64,000 bases of DNA from Bacteroidota bacterium. GTDB taxonomy: Bacteria > Bacteroidota > Bacteroidia > Flavobacteriales > BACL11. The notes beneath the pieces were generated by a model. That model ran no database searches, was not told the origin of the DNA, and saw only the letters and a list, made by a program, of their open reading frames with translations. Where the stretch lies: positions 11,913 through 75,912 of the forward strand of contig JAYYZX010000019.1 of the NCBI GenBank assembly GCA_036339955.1, in the 5' to 3' direction. The translations under genes were made by a program, and so were the position numbers. This document shows, in pieces, positions 8,660 to 19,081 of the stretch (positions within the stretch are counted from its first letter, which is position 1; each line of letters opens with the position of its first letter).

Positions 8660-9435
8660 TAATTTAAACGGAAATGGTAGATAATTTTTCCCTGCTGATT
8701 CTCAGGTGCATCAGATTTAGGTTTAAATTTAGTTTTTAATGCGGCTTCTTTTGCTTTCTTTAATAAATATTTATTGAATGTTGTAGAACCTTTTATTCCA
8801 GCTAATGCGTGTATTACATTCCCTAATCTATCTACTGTAATGGAAACTACGACCTTCCCTTGTTCTTGTATTTCGTAAATTGGTTTTGGTTGAATGGTTG
8901 CATCTCTACCTCCTAATTCATATGCAATTCCATTATCCCCAATTCCTCCACCATTGTAATTATCAACATTTGGAATCCCTTCTATATTTCCTTGATTACC
9001 AAGATTTTGTTTTTCGCCTTGTGACTTTTGCTTGTTAGGCTTCCTGCTTGTATATAATGCTTTTTTATTTATTTCTTGTTTTTCTTCTATTATTTTCTCA
9101 CTCTCATTATCCAATTCATTATTAGTTTCTTGTTCCTTATCAGGTTCTTCTTCTAATACAGGAGCTTCTTCAATTTTTTGGGTAATAATTTCAGTTTCAT
9201 TTTGCACTTCTTCTATAATTTTCTCTTCGATTAATTTAGCTTCTTCTGAATTGTCTTCTGGTTCTATATTTGTTTCTCCTTCATCTGCATATCCAAAATT
9301 AATACTTATACCTTCTTCTGGAGGAGGAGGGATGTAGTATGTTAAACCCATAAATAAAAAAGCAATAATAAGTAAGCTATGAAAGATTATAGTACTCAAG
9401 ATTCCATTGAGTTTATTTTTTCCTTCTGTATTCAT
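8659..9435 (-). CDS. tonB: Energy transducer TonB
   Basis: 258 aa. N-terminal anchor, long acidic E/K/I-rich linker and a C-terminal TonB-like domain (GKVVVSITVDRLGNV...). Immediately downstream of exbB-exbD. Confidence 0.75.
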   Translation of the reverse strand: MNTEGKNKLNGILSTIIFHSLLIIAFLFMGLTYYIPPPPEEGISINFGYADEGETNIEPEDNSEEAKLIEEKIIEEVQNETEIITQKIEEAPVLEEEPDKEQETNNELDNESEKIIEEKQEINKKALYTSRKPNKQKSQGEKQNLGNQGNIEGIPNVDNYNGGGIGDNGIAYELGGRDATIQPKPIYEIQEQGKVVVSITVDRLGNVIHALAGIKGSTTFNKYLLKKAKEAALKTKFKPKSDAPENQQGKIIYHFRLN

Positions 9436-9440
9436 ATTAT

Positions 9441-9833
9441 TTAATTAGGAGAAGTTGCTAAGACAATTTTATATTTATTTCTATATGCAATATCCATTAC
9501 TTTAACTACATGTTGAATATCTACAGATTGATCAGCATGTAAAATAATACCAGGCTCTATTTGATTACTTAATAAGCGTTTCAATTCATTTTCTAAACTA
9601 GTTTCTAATATTTTTTCTTCGTCCACATAAAAATCAATATTTTTTGTAATTGACACAGATATAGTTTGCTTCTCTAATGTTTTAGCTTTACTACTTGGGA
9701 GAAGTAGTTTTAAGGCATTTGGACTTACTAATGTTGATGTTAACATGAAGAAAATGAGTAGCAAGAAAACAATATCTGTCATAGACGACATGTTAAAATT
9801 TGCACTTACTTTATTTCTACTTCTTAATGCCAT
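9441..9833 (-). CDS. exbD: Biopolymer transporter ExbD/TolR
   Basis: 130 aa. N-terminal TM TDIVFLLLIFFMLTS and family-typical length. Directly abuts exbB (9834). Confidence 0.85.
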   Translation of the reverse strand: MALRSRNKVSANFNMSSMTDIVFLLLIFFMLTSTLVSPNALKLLLPSSKAKTLEKQTISVSITKNIDFYVDEEKILETSLENELKRLLSNQIEPGIILHADQSVDIQHVVKVMDIAYRNKYKIVLATSPN

Positions 9834-10535
9834 TTATTCTATATGATGCAAATAGTCTAGAAATTCAGTTGTTCGAGCCTCCATCTTAAATATTACTTTT
9901 TCTACTTTTGCAACCAAGTAGTTGTATGCTATATAAGCAATAATACCTACTACTAATCCAGCAACAGTAGTTACCATAGCTGTATAAATTCCTTTTGATA
10001 GCATTTCAACATTTATATTCCCCCCTGAACTTGCCATTTCATGAAAAGCGACAATCATACCTATTACTGTACCTAAGAATCCAATCATTGGTGCTGCACC
10101 TGAAATTGTTGCTAAATTGGCTAAATTATTTTCCATCTTATAGATCTCTAATTTTCCTTGATTTTCAATTGCTGCAGAAATATCTGTCATAGGCTGCTCA
10201 ATTCTATCTACTCCTTTTTCAATCATACGTGAGATTGGATTATCTGTTTCTTGACAAAGAGATTTTGCAGAACCAATTTCTTTTTTTTCTACAAATTCTT
10301 TAATCCTATTAAAGAAATTTTCATCTTCTTTACTTGCATTTTTGATTGTAGAATAACGCTCGAATAATATATAAACTGCATAAATAGAGAGAACTCCTAA
10401 TGTTATCATAATAATTGCCCCTCCAGTACCGACACTAGTAATTAAATCCATAACAGATAAAGTCTCTTGCTGTACTATATTATTTATACTATCAGTTATT
10501 TGTATATTTTGTAAGAGTAAGGTAAGGTTTGTCAT
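9834..10535 (-). CDS. exbB: MotA/TolQ/ExbB proton-channel protein
   Basis: 233 aa. APMIGFLGTVIGMI and the C-terminal TM pair are typical of ExbB. Confidence 0.85.
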   Translation of the reverse strand: MTNLTLLLQNIQITDSINNIVQQETLSVMDLITSVGTGGAIIMITLGVLSIYAVYILFERYSTIKNASKEDENFFNRIKEFVEKKEIGSAKSLCQETDNPISRMIEKGVDRIEQPMTDISAAIENQGKLEIYKMENNLANLATISGAAPMIGFLGTVIGMIVAFHEMASSGGNINVEMLSKGIYTAMVTTVAGLVVGIIAYIAYNYLVAKVEKVIFKMEARTTEFLDYLHHIE

Positions 10536-10573
10536 TATATAATCATTTTTTATTAGAACGATAATTTACTTTT

Positions 10574-11863
10574 TTATTGCATTAAAATATAAGTTATAGC
10601 GCCTGCAGCATAGCCAAATAATGCTAATAAAGAGATTCTTTTTACGTACCAAATAAAGTCAACTTTTAATATTCCCATTACAGCAACTCCTGCAGCAGAT
10701 CCAATAATTAAAACACTACCTCCAGTACCAGCACAATAAGCTAGAAATTGCCAAAATTTCCCATCTACTGCAAAATCTCCTAATTCTTGTATTTCATACA
10801 TTCCCATAGCTCCAGCAACCAAAGGTACATTGTCGACTATAGAAGAAAGTAGACCAATAATAATATTAATAGCATAGATATCTCCATCAAAACTTTTATC
10901 TAACATATTTGCTAATATTCCTAAATGTCCTGCAGACTGTAAACTAGCAACCGCCAAAAGAATACCTAAAAAGAAGAAAATAGTAGGAGTGTCTATCTTT
11001 TTCAAAACACTAATTACTGTTAGTTGAGATTTTTGTTCATGATTTTTACTTCTATGTAATATTTCAGTAGTTACCCATAAGATACCTAGGGATAATAACA
11101 TCCCTATATATGGAGGTAAGTGTGTTACAATTTTAAATATAGGGACAAACAATAATCCGCAAACACCCATACAAAAGATTAAATTTCTTTCTAATGATGT
11201 AGTTGGATTTATAGTATGCTCTTTAGCTTTTGTGAATACTGGATCTTCAATTTCACCTTTGAGTCTAAAAGAAAGATAAATTAACGGAGCAACTGCACAT
11301 ACTACACTAGGTATAAATATACTCGTTATAATGCTTCCTGCAGTAACCTGCCCTCCAATCCATAACATAATTGTTGTTACATCTCCAATTGGAGACCATG
11401 CTCCTCCTGCATTTGCAGTAAGAATTACAACACCTGCAAATAGCCAAAGAGTTTCTTTATCTTTTATAAGTTTAGGTAGTAATGCCGCCATTACAATAGA
11501 TGTAGTTAAATTATCTAAAGTAGCAGAAAAGAAGAATGTAATACAACTTAATATCCACATTAATGTCACTTTATTTTTGGTAGTAATGCGATTTGTTATA
11601 ATACTAAATCCTTCATGCGCATCAATTAGCTCTACAATTGTCATTGCTCCTAATAGGAAGAATAAAATTTCTGATATATCTATTAAGTGATGATGCAGTT
11701 CTTCTGAAACATGATGTATGTCTACTCCAGAAAATGAAAATAAAGCCCACCCCAGAGCTCCAATGATTAAAGCGGAGGCAGCTTTATCAATCTTTATAGG
11801 ATGTTCTAATGCAATTGCTAAGTAGCCTAAAATAAAAACTACAAGCATAATTGTAAAAATCAT
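10574..11863 (-). CDS. nhaD: Na+/H+ antiporter, NhaD/ArsB superfamily
   Basis: 429 aa polytopic membrane protein. The N-terminus LGYLAIALEHPIKIDKAASALIIGALGW resembles NhaD. Confidence 0.65.
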   Translation of the reverse strand: MIFTIMLVVFILGYLAIALEHPIKIDKAASALIIGALGWALFSFSGVDIHHVSEELHHHLIDISEILFFLLGAMTIVELIDAHEGFSIITNRITTKNKVTLMWILSCITFFFSATLDNLTTSIVMAALLPKLIKDKETLWLFAGVVILTANAGGAWSPIGDVTTIMLWIGGQVTAGSIITSIFIPSVVCAVAPLIYLSFRLKGEIEDPVFTKAKEHTINPTTSLERNLIFCMGVCGLLFVPIFKIVTHLPPYIGMLLSLGILWVTTEILHRSKNHEQKSQLTVISVLKKIDTPTIFFFLGILLAVASLQSAGHLGILANMLDKSFDGDIYAINIIIGLLSSIVDNVPLVAGAMGMYEIQELGDFAVDGKFWQFLAYCAGTGGSVLIIGSAAGVAVMGILKVDFIWYVKRISLLALFGYAAGAITYILMQ

Positions 11864-11875
11864 AGAATTAAAAGT

Positions 11876-13006
11876 TTAATTATTTTTTTGTAAATATACT
11901 GTTGTAGATGGGAATGCAAAGTCTGAATTATGTTTTTTTACAATACCCATAATTTTATAATTAATATCTTGCCTTACATCAATTAAGTCATCCCATCTTG
12001 GACTATTCACATAATATAAAACAAGGATGTTTAAAGAGCTACTACCAAATTCTTCAAAACGAACTCTTGCTTCTTGACCTTTAGATTTTTCTCCATCTAT
12101 ATTGGTTGTTTTTGGGTGATTGTCAATCATATTTTGGATCTCAATTACTATCTTTTTGATTTGATCTGCTGAAGTTTCATACGTAAGACCTACAGAGAAT
12201 TTGACTCTTCTAACAGGTCGCACCCCTAGATTATCTAATTCTGCATCAATCATTTTTTTGTTAGGGACAGTAACAACGCTTTTGTCAAAAGTTCTAATTC
12301 GTGTACTTCTGAAACCTACTTTTTCAACTATTCCAGTTACAGAACCCACAGTAACCATATCTCCTACTGTAAATGGTCTGTCAAAGAAAATAGTAAAGGA
12401 GCCAAGAAGGTTCTCCAAACTTTCTTTTGAAGCCATTGCTATAGCAATTCCTCCAATACCAAGCCCTGTTGCTAAAGCAGTAATATTAACATTAAAAATA
12501 TTTCCTAATATAATAAACAAACCAAATACAATGGCAATAATTTTAGCAATTTCAATAGCAAATGGAATAAGTTGATCGTCCATTTTATTATCTGTTGCAT
12601 CGGCTTTCTTCATTAATATAATTCCAATATATTCGATTACTCGTAATATTATCCAAAATATAGATATGACATAAATTAGAGAAAAACCTTTTTGAAGAAT
12701 CATTTTAATTCCAAACTTTTCTCCATTTGATAAATCCCAATTTATTGGGATATCAATATGAGAGCTCCCTATAAAAATAATAGATAGCATAATCAAAAAT
12801 CCAATAGGCCTTACTAATAGTTCGTCAAATTTTGTTTTTTGAGACGCATCTCTTTTTTTACTTATTAATTTAAAAATAAGATGACTTAAATATTTTGAAA
12901 TAAGTTTCTTAAATATTAATCCTAATATAATTGCCCCAAAGAACCATGTGTAATCTAACATTGTATTGCCTAAGAAAGAGTTTTGAAAAAAAGTATTTAA
13001 TTCCAT
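11876..13006 (-). CDS. Mechanosensitive ion channel family protein (MscS-like)
   Basis: 376 aa. TM region followed by FTIFFDRPFTVGDMVTVGSVTGIVEKVGFRSTRIRTFDKSVVTVPN, an MscS beta-domain signature. Confidence 0.85.
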   Translation of the reverse strand: MELNTFFQNSFLGNTMLDYTWFFGAIILGLIFKKLISKYLSHLIFKLISKKRDASQKTKFDELLVRPIGFLIMLSIIFIGSSHIDIPINWDLSNGEKFGIKMILQKGFSLIYVISIFWIILRVIEYIGIILMKKADATDNKMDDQLIPFAIEIAKIIAIVFGLFIILGNIFNVNITALATGLGIGGIAIAMASKESLENLLGSFTIFFDRPFTVGDMVTVGSVTGIVEKVGFRSTRIRTFDKSVVTVPNKKMIDAELDNLGVRPVRRVKFSVGLTYETSADQIKKIVIEIQNMIDNHPKTTNIDGEKSKGQEARVRFEEFGSSSLNILVLYYVNSPRWDDLIDVRQDINYKIMGIVKKHNSDFAFPSTTVYLQKNN

Positions 13007-13007
13007 A

Positions 13008-14234
13008 TCATGTCAGTTGTTTTAATGCAATAGAAATTGCTGTTTTTGTAATATTTTTTTTATAGCAGTTGTGTTTATATGTATTCTCAAGAGCTTTTTT
13101 AATAGTATTTGTTACAGCTTCAAATATAACAATATCTCTCATTTCAATGTTTTCTTGCATAAAATATGAAAATGCTCTTGCCATTCCACAATTTGAGATG
13201 AAGTCAGGAATTACACTGATATGCTCATCAGCATATTTTGCAATTGGCCCAAAAAAGATTTCTTTGTCAGCAAATGGAACGTTTGCTCCTGAAGATATTA
13301 CTTCTAGTTTGTTTGCAATCAGTGATTCTATTTGTTTTTTTGTAACAAGTCTTGATGCAGCAGCTGGAATAAAAATTTCTGCATTTATAGACCAAATCTT
13401 CTGATTTATTTCTTTGAAGGGTATTATATCTTCAGATTCTAAGAAGTTAGATGAACGTCTTTCAATTAAGTTTTTTATGTCGTTAAAGCTATATCCTTCT
13501 TTATTTATAACACCGCCATTTTTGTCAATGATACCAACAATAATAGCGCCTTCTTGAGCTAAGTAATAAGCAGCAGCACCCGCTACATTTCCCCAGCCCT
13601 GAATAATGGTTCTTTTATTTTCTAATTTCCCCCCATATATCTTATAATAATGAATTATAGATTGAGCAACTCCAAATCCTGTAATTAGATCTCCTACTGT
13701 ATATTTTCTGTTAGGATCCGGAGTTAGAATTGGATCCGTTACAATTAGAGGGACTCCTTTTGTTAATTGACGTATGAGTTCTAGCTTAGTTTTCTTAGAT
13801 TTATTAAAATGTCCATTTACTACTCCTTCAAGAGGAAATAGAATTCCTAATTCTTCACATATTGGGATCACTTCATCTATTTCATCTACATTCATATCTC
13901 CTCCAGTGCCATAATATTTTTTTAATATTGGTTTTGCAAATTCAAACCATCTTTTCAAAACACCGTGTTTCTCTGGATTCTTTGGGTCAAAGTCAATTCC
14001 TGATTTTCCACCTCCTATTGGTGGGCCGGAAACAGTAAATTTTATTTCCATCGTTTTAGCTAGAGCTAAAACTTCTTCTTCTGTTACTCCAATTCGCATT
14101 CTTGTCCCTCCTGCTGCTGCTCCACCTCTTAAAGAATTAATTACTATCCATCCTTTAGCAGTTGTTTTAGTATCTTCCCATTTAAAAATTAATTCAGGAG
14201 GCTCACTTTCAAATTTCTTTATTAAATCCTGCAT
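13008..14234 (-). CDS. Glu/Leu/Phe/Val dehydrogenase family (glutamate dehydrogenase-like)
   Basis: PIGGGKSGIDFDP catalytic-Lys motif and the NAD(P) fold GWGNVAGAAAYY. The track start (TTG 14255) lies inside a TAnnTTTG box, so I start at ATG 14234 (MQDLIKKF...). Confidence 0.8.
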   Translation of the reverse strand: MQDLIKKFESEPPELIFKWEDTKTTAKGWIVINSLRGGAAAGGTRMRIGVTEEEVLALAKTMEIKFTVSGPPIGGGKSGIDFDPKNPEKHGVLKRWFEFAKPILKKYYGTGGDMNVDEIDEVIPICEELGILFPLEGVVNGHFNKSKKTKLELIRQLTKGVPLIVTDPILTPDPNRKYTVGDLITGFGVAQSIIHYYKIYGGKLENKRTIIQGWGNVAGAAAYYLAQEGAIIVGIIDKNGGVINKEGYSFNDIKNLIERRSSNFLESEDIIPFKEINQKIWSINAEIFIPAAASRLVTKKQIESLIANKLEVISSGANVPFADKEIFFGPIAKYADEHISVIPDFISNCGMARAFSYFMQENIEMRDIVIFEAVTNTIKKALENTYKHNCYKKNITKTAISIALKQLT

Positions 14235-14252
14235 AAACTGATATTTGTCTTG

Positions 14253-14260
14253 CAAAAGTA
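14253..14260 (-). promoter_or_regulatory. -7 promoter box TAnnTTTG upstream of the dehydrogenase-to-folC gene string
   Basis: The minus strand reads tacttttg, 18 nt upstream of ATG 14234. Confidence 0.45.
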
Positions 14261-14296
14261 TAGAATTAAAATCATGTAATTATCTAAAATATATTT

Positions 14297-15349
14297 TCAA
14301 TAATTAAAAATTTTACCACCGGAAGAATCTCTTGATGCTCCTGTAACTGTAGATAAAGAGTTAATCTCATTTCTTAGTCTTAATATTCCTAATAACCCAA
14401 ATATTATTGCTTCCTTAAAATCAACAGTTGTTTTATCTGGTATGATTAATTTAGAATTACTATAAGTTAGGATTTTTTGAATTAAAAAACTATTAAAAGC
14501 CCCACCCCCTGTAATTAAAGTTTCTTTGTTTTTTAAATAGGATCCAATTTGGAAGCCTATATGCTCGCAAAAAGTATGTAAATAATCTGGTACTGAGATA
14601 TTACTATTTATTAATGGGAATATTTTTCTTTCGACCCATTCTCTTGAAAGAGATTTTGGAGTGAATTTTTTATAAAAAGACAAGGAATTTAAATTCCTAA
14701 GTAAATCTGAATTTAGCTTCCCTTCTTTAGCAATATCTCCATTAAAATCAAAATCTTTACCTATTTTATTACTAAAATGATTTAATATAAAATTTACTGG
14801 ACAAATATCATATGCAGTAATGTTATCTTCTGTTTTTACAGATACATTAGCAAACCCCCCTATATTTAAACAGTACTTATACTTTCCAAACAAGAGTAAA
14901 TCTCCGATTGGAACTAGAGGGGCCCCTTGCCCTCCTAATTCAACATCTAAGCTTCTAAAATCTGTTATTGTTGTTTTTTTTGTAAGCTGTGCAATTGTTC
15001 TTCCACATCCGATTTGTAACGTCAGTTTTTTCTTAGGGTTATGAAAAATTGTATGTCCATGTGAGGATATAATTTCAGCATGTAGATTATATTTTTTTAT
15101 AAATTTTGTAATTTCTTCAGCAATAAATTTTCCGTAACTAAAATGTGTTTTTTGTATTTCAGTATTTTTTTTGAGATGCAAGTATTTTAGTGTTTTTTTC
15201 CATCTTTTACTGTATTTAACAGTATATGCTTTTTCAACATAGAATTGCCATTTAGATTTTTTTTCAAACACACACTTTACGATATCCAATCCATCTAATG
15301 ATGTCCCTGACATAACTCCGATGACATGGTATTTTTGCTTGAAATTCAT
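14297..15349 (-). CDS. anmK: Anhydro-N-acetylmuramic acid kinase
   Basis: ORF 14297-15403 trimmed to MNFKQKYHVIGVMSGTSLDGLD, the AnmK N-terminal signature. Confidence 0.85.
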   Translation of the reverse strand: MNFKQKYHVIGVMSGTSLDGLDIVKCVFEKKSKWQFYVEKAYTVKYSKRWKKTLKYLHLKKNTEIQKTHFSYGKFIAEEITKFIKKYNLHAEIISSHGHTIFHNPKKKLTLQIGCGRTIAQLTKKTTITDFRSLDVELGGQGAPLVPIGDLLLFGKYKYCLNIGGFANVSVKTEDNITAYDICPVNFILNHFSNKIGKDFDFNGDIAKEGKLNSDLLRNLNSLSFYKKFTPKSLSREWVERKIFPLINSNISVPDYLHTFCEHIGFQIGSYLKNKETLITGGGAFNSFLIQKILTYSNSKLIIPDKTTVDFKEAIIFGLLGILRLRNEINSLSTVTGASRDSSGGKIFNY

Positions 15350-15355
15350 ACTCTT

Positions 15356-15363
15356 CAAAAATA
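15356..15363 (-). promoter_or_regulatory. -7 promoter box TAnnTTTG upstream of anmK
   Basis: The minus strand reads tatttttg. Its G is 6 nt before ATG 15349. Confidence 0.4.
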
Positions 15364-15376
15364 GGTTAAAAAAGTG

Positions 15377-15384
15377 TACTTTTG
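15377..15384 (+). promoter_or_regulatory. -7 promoter box TAnnTTTG upstream of the acyl-CoA dehydrogenase gene
   Basis: tacttttg lies 22 nt before ATG 15407. The GTG/ATG starts at 15374/15386 lie in or next to the box. Confidence 0.45.
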
Positions 15385-15406
15385 CATGAATCTTCAAATA
15401 CAAGAG

Positions 15407-16546
15407 ATGAATTTTGAGTTAACAGATGAGCATAGAATGATAAGAGATGCTGCAAGAGATTTTGCAAAAACAGAATTGCTCCCTGGAGTTATTGAAAGAG
15501 ATGAGACACAGACGTTTCCAACAGAACAAATTAAAAAGCTAGGAGGGTTAGGCTTTTTAGGGATGATGGTAGATCCCAAATATGGAGGAGCAGGAATGGA
15601 TAGTATATCTTATGTTTTAGCTATGGAAGAGATATCAAAAATTGATTCATCAACTTCAGTTGTGATGTCAGTAAATAATTCTTTAGTATGTTGGGGAATT
15701 GAAACTTTTGGAACTGAAGAACAAAAAGAAAAATATTTAAAACCATTAGCTTCTGGAGAAATAATAGGGGCTTTTTGCCTTTCAGAGCCGGAGGCAGGGA
15801 GTGATGCCACTTCTCAAAAAACAACAGCTATAGAGCAAGACGACTGTTATTTACTGAATGGTACAAAAAATTGGATTACCAATGGTAATACAGCATCTGT
15901 ATACTTAGTTATTGCACAAACTGATATTGATAAAGGACATAAAGGAATTAATGCATTTATTGTTGAAAAAGGGATACAGGGTTTTGAGATTGGTCCTAAA
16001 GAGAATAAACTTGGAATAAGAGGTTCAGACACACATTCTTTAATGTTTAGTGATGTAAAAGTTCCAAAAGAAAACAGAATTGGAGATGATGGTTTTGGAT
16101 TCTTATTTGCAATGAAAACACTTGCTGGAGGCAGAATAGGAATTGCTTCACAAGCATTAGGTATTGCCTCTGGTTCTTATGAATTAGCATTACAGTATTC
16201 GAAAGAGAGAAAAACTTTTGGAAAAGAGATATCAAAGCATCAGGCTATTGCATTTAAATTAGCTGACATGGAGACTGAGATTAGTGCTGCACGTCTTTTA
16301 TGTTTAAAAGCTGCATGGCTAAAAGATAACAACAAGAATTATGATAGAGCTGGAGCAATAGCAAAAGTTTTTGCGTCTGAAACAGCAATGAAAACTACTA
16401 TTGAGGCTGTACAAATCCATGGAGGTTATGGTTTTGTTAAAGAATATCATGTAGAACGCTTAATGAGAGATGCAAAAATTACGCAGATATATGAGGGTAC
16501 TTCTGAAATTCAGCGTATAGTTATCTCTCGTTCTATTTTAAACTAA
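15407..16546 (+). CDS. Acyl-CoA dehydrogenase (short/medium-chain type)
   Basis: MNFELTDEHRMIRDAARDFA..., with CLSEPEAGSDA and QIHGGYGF...IYEGTSEIQR signatures. Start chosen downstream of the promoter box. Confidence 0.9.
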   Translation: MNFELTDEHRMIRDAARDFAKTELLPGVIERDETQTFPTEQIKKLGGLGFLGMMVDPKYGGAGMDSISYVLAMEEISKIDSSTSVVMSVNNSLVCWGIETFGTEEQKEKYLKPLASGEIIGAFCLSEPEAGSDATSQKTTAIEQDDCYLLNGTKNWITNGNTASVYLVIAQTDIDKGHKGINAFIVEKGIQGFEIGPKENKLGIRGSDTHSLMFSDVKVPKENRIGDDGFGFLFAMKTLAGGRIGIASQALGIASGSYELALQYSKERKTFGKEISKHQAIAFKLADMETEISAARLLCLKAAWLKDNNKNYDRAGAIAKVFASETAMKTTIEAVQIHGGYGFVKEYHVERLMRDAKITQIYEGTSEIQRIVISRSILN

Positions 16547-16552
16547 ATTATT

Positions 16553-19063
16553 ATGAGAAAATTTTTATTACTACATATTTTTGTTTGCAGTTTTTTTATT
16601 TCAGCTGGACAGGAAATAATTAAGAAGGTAAAGAAAGACCCATCATATTTAAAGTTCCTTCCGTCTAATATTAATCCAAATAAATTAAATTCTTCCGATA
16701 TTCCTAGTGAACAGGTGTTAAAACAAATGGGACTTAGTGATAGAGAGATTCAAGAAGCTTTACAATTTAAATATAGAAAAGGGAAATACAAACTAGAGAA
16801 TATTAAAAAAGACACAACTAGTATTTCAAAATTTTATTTAAATTTTGCTAGAGATACTATAGATCAAGATTCTGTTTTATTGCCAAAGGCAAAAATATTT
16901 GGGCAAGATATTTTTAGAATAAATAAATTAAATTATTATCAAAAAGCTTTAGATGCCAAAGCCCCTAAAAATTATAAAATTGGACCTGGTGACGAAATCA
17001 GTATTTCTATATGGGGATATAATGATTTTTCAGAAACATTAGAAGTTGATGATAGAGGATATATTCATCCTAGCTCATATGGCAGGATTTATGTTAAAGG
17101 CTTGACATTTAAGAATATGCGAGAAGTTCTGAAAAACAAGTTTAGTAATTTTTTAGACATGAAAAACTCCGAAATAGATGTCACTCTTTCTTATTCTAGA
17201 GTAATTACAGTAAATATTGTTGGAGAAGTTTATTATCCCGGCTCATATACTATTCCTGCAATTAATACTGCATTTAATGCTCTAATTGCTGCAAAAGGGC
17301 CTTCACAGATAGGAACAGTTCGTAATATTTATATTAAAAGAGATGGAAAAACTATAGATTCATTGGATATTTACAAGTTTTTATTTTCTCCTTTGAAAGA
17401 TCAAGATATTTATTTGCAAGATGGTGATTACATTTTTGTCCCTCCTGCAAAGCATATTATTGAGGTTCAAGGAGCGGTTAATAGACCTTATACTTATGAA
17501 GCCAAGACTAAAGAATCAATATCAGAAATTCTAGCTTATGCTGGAGGTTTGAGTCCAAATGCTTTTGCTGATATTATTACTTTAAAAAGAACATATAATG
17601 ATGCGTTGAAAATTCATGATGTATATAAAGATGACATCTCATCTACCACAGTACAAACAGGGGATATAATTGTAGTAAACAAAAAATCAAATATTATCTC
17701 TAATCTTGTTACCGTTACAGGAAATATTGGTGTAGAGGGAGATTACGAATTTAAAAAAGGAGAAAAATTATTAGATCTATTAAAAAAAGCACAATGTATT
17801 AATAAGAACACATTTTTAAATAAAGTATATGTGATTCGATTGAACGATGATAGAACAAAATCTCACCTTAATATCAATTTACAGAATATCATTAATGACC
17901 CTTCAGATAAAGATAATATTTTGCTAAAAGAATATGATATTATTCGTGTTTTATCTAATAAAGATTTCGATGATTTCTTTTCAGTTTCTGTTTTAGGTGC
18001 TGTTCGCCATCCATCAGAGTTCGATTATGGAGAAGGAATGTCATTACAAGATTTATTATTACAAGCAGGAGGTTTAAAACAAGAGGCTGAAGGTAGTAGA
18101 GTTGAGATTTCTAGAATCATGAATTATGACATTAGTTCAAATAAATTAATCCCAAAACGAGCACTTATAAAGACTATCCCAATAGGGGATAACTTACTAT
18201 TGAGTCAAGAAGCAGAAAATTTTATATTGCAGCCATTTGATCAAGTTTTTGTACGTACTAACCCTGAATTTGAGCCCCCTATTAATGTTATCATCTTAGG
18301 AGAAATAAAATATCCCGGTCAATATTCAATGTTAAGAAAGAATGAGAAAATATCATCGCTTATTAAAAGAGCTGGAGGATTAACAAATTACTCTTTCTTA
18401 GATGGAGCTCAAATGTATAGGAGATTCTCAAAGAATATAAATAATGATGACTTGATTAGGATCCCAGAACAATTATTAGATTCTATATTACATGATCCAC
18501 AGTTAAGAGCTATCTATAAGAAAAATATATTACAAGAAGAAAGACAAAGGTTTAATACAGACAAATTATTTAATAGCAATACAGAATATATATATGACGT
18601 AGTATATTTAGACCTTGAAAAAGCACTTAGTTCAATGTCGTCTAAGCATAACCTTGTACTTCATGAAGGTGATAGTATTATTATTCCTAAGACAATGGAT
18701 ATTGTACATATTACTGGTGATTTAAACAATTTAGAAGGTAATTCTATTAGTGCTCCGTATTTTAAAAGAAAAAGAGCAAATTATTACGTAAATAATTTTG
18801 CGGGAGGATTTTCTCAGAACACTAATAAAGCAGCTACAGTTGTTGTGTACCCTAATGGTGTTGCAAAAAAAACAAGAAACTTTGGATTATTTGTCATGTC
18901 CCCTAGAATTAAAAAAGGCTCTACTATAAAAGTATTTCCAAAAGAGAGAGAAATACAAGAAGAAAAAAAGAAAACAGATTGGAATGCAGCTATAGAAAGT
19001 GCTATGATAAAAGCAACAGCAATTCTGACTTTATGGCTTTTAATTGACAAAACCCAAGATTAA
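16553..19063 (+). CDS. Polysaccharide export outer-membrane protein (Wza-like, multiple SLBB domains)
   Basis: 836 aa. Signal peptide, the Poly_export-type motif KIGPGDEISISIWG, and repeated soluble-ligand-binding beta-grasp-like segments (GAVxxPG..., GDxIxVP). Confidence 0.75.
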   Translation: MRKFLLLHIFVCSFFISAGQEIIKKVKKDPSYLKFLPSNINPNKLNSSDIPSEQVLKQMGLSDREIQEALQFKYRKGKYKLENIKKDTTSISKFYLNFARDTIDQDSVLLPKAKIFGQDIFRINKLNYYQKALDAKAPKNYKIGPGDEISISIWGYNDFSETLEVDDRGYIHPSSYGRIYVKGLTFKNMREVLKNKFSNFLDMKNSEIDVTLSYSRVITVNIVGEVYYPGSYTIPAINTAFNALIAAKGPSQIGTVRNIYIKRDGKTIDSLDIYKFLFSPLKDQDIYLQDGDYIFVPPAKHIIEVQGAVNRPYTYEAKTKESISEILAYAGGLSPNAFADIITLKRTYNDALKIHDVYKDDISSTTVQTGDIIVVNKKSNIISNLVTVTGNIGVEGDYEFKKGEKLLDLLKKAQCINKNTFLNKVYVIRLNDDRTKSHLNINLQNIINDPSDKDNILLKEYDIIRVLSNKDFDDFFSVSVLGAVRHPSEFDYGEGMSLQDLLLQAGGLKQEAEGSRVEISRIMNYDISSNKLIPKRALIKTIPIGDNLLLSQEAENFILQPFDQVFVRTNPEFEPPINVIILGEIKYPGQYSMLRKNEKISSLIKRAGGLTNYSFLDGAQMYRRFSKNINNDDLIRIPEQLLDSILHDPQLRAIYKKNILQEERQRFNTDKLFNSNTEYIYDVVYLDLEKALSSMSSKHNLVLHEGDSIIIPKTMDIVHITGDLNNLEGNSISAPYFKRKRANYYVNNFAGGFSQNTNKAATVVVYPNGVAKKTRNFGLFVMSPRIKKGSTIKVFPKEREIQEEKKKTDWNAAIESAMIKATAILTLWLLIDKTQD

Positions 19064-19081
19064 TAAATTAGTTGTGTTTAT

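Noticed and set aside
9032-9337. 101-aa Ser/Leu-rich plus-strand ORF, and the unusual acidic E/K/I-rich linker of TonB
   Set aside because: The ORF is the mirror image of the Glu/Lys-rich low-complexity TonB linker (GAA/AAA codons read as TTC/TTT on the other strand). Non-proline charged linkers seem common enough in TonB proteins that I do not count this as a finding.
11331-13404. Antisense ORFs 11331-11690, 12201-12575 and 13069-13404 within the nhaD, mscS and dehydrogenase genes
   Set aside because: Each is embedded opposite a well-supported gene. They have no recognisable motifs, and no independent promoter or terminator is seen.
14235-14255. TTG start codon proposed by the ORF track for the Glu/Leu/Phe/Val dehydrogenase
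   Set aside because: That TTG is the TTTG of a TAnnTTTG promoter box (14260-14253), so it is probably not transcribed as part of the mRNA. The first ATG (14234) is used instead. The same reasoning applies to the TTG at 27678 (porV) and the GTG at 15374 (acyl-CoA dehydrogenase).
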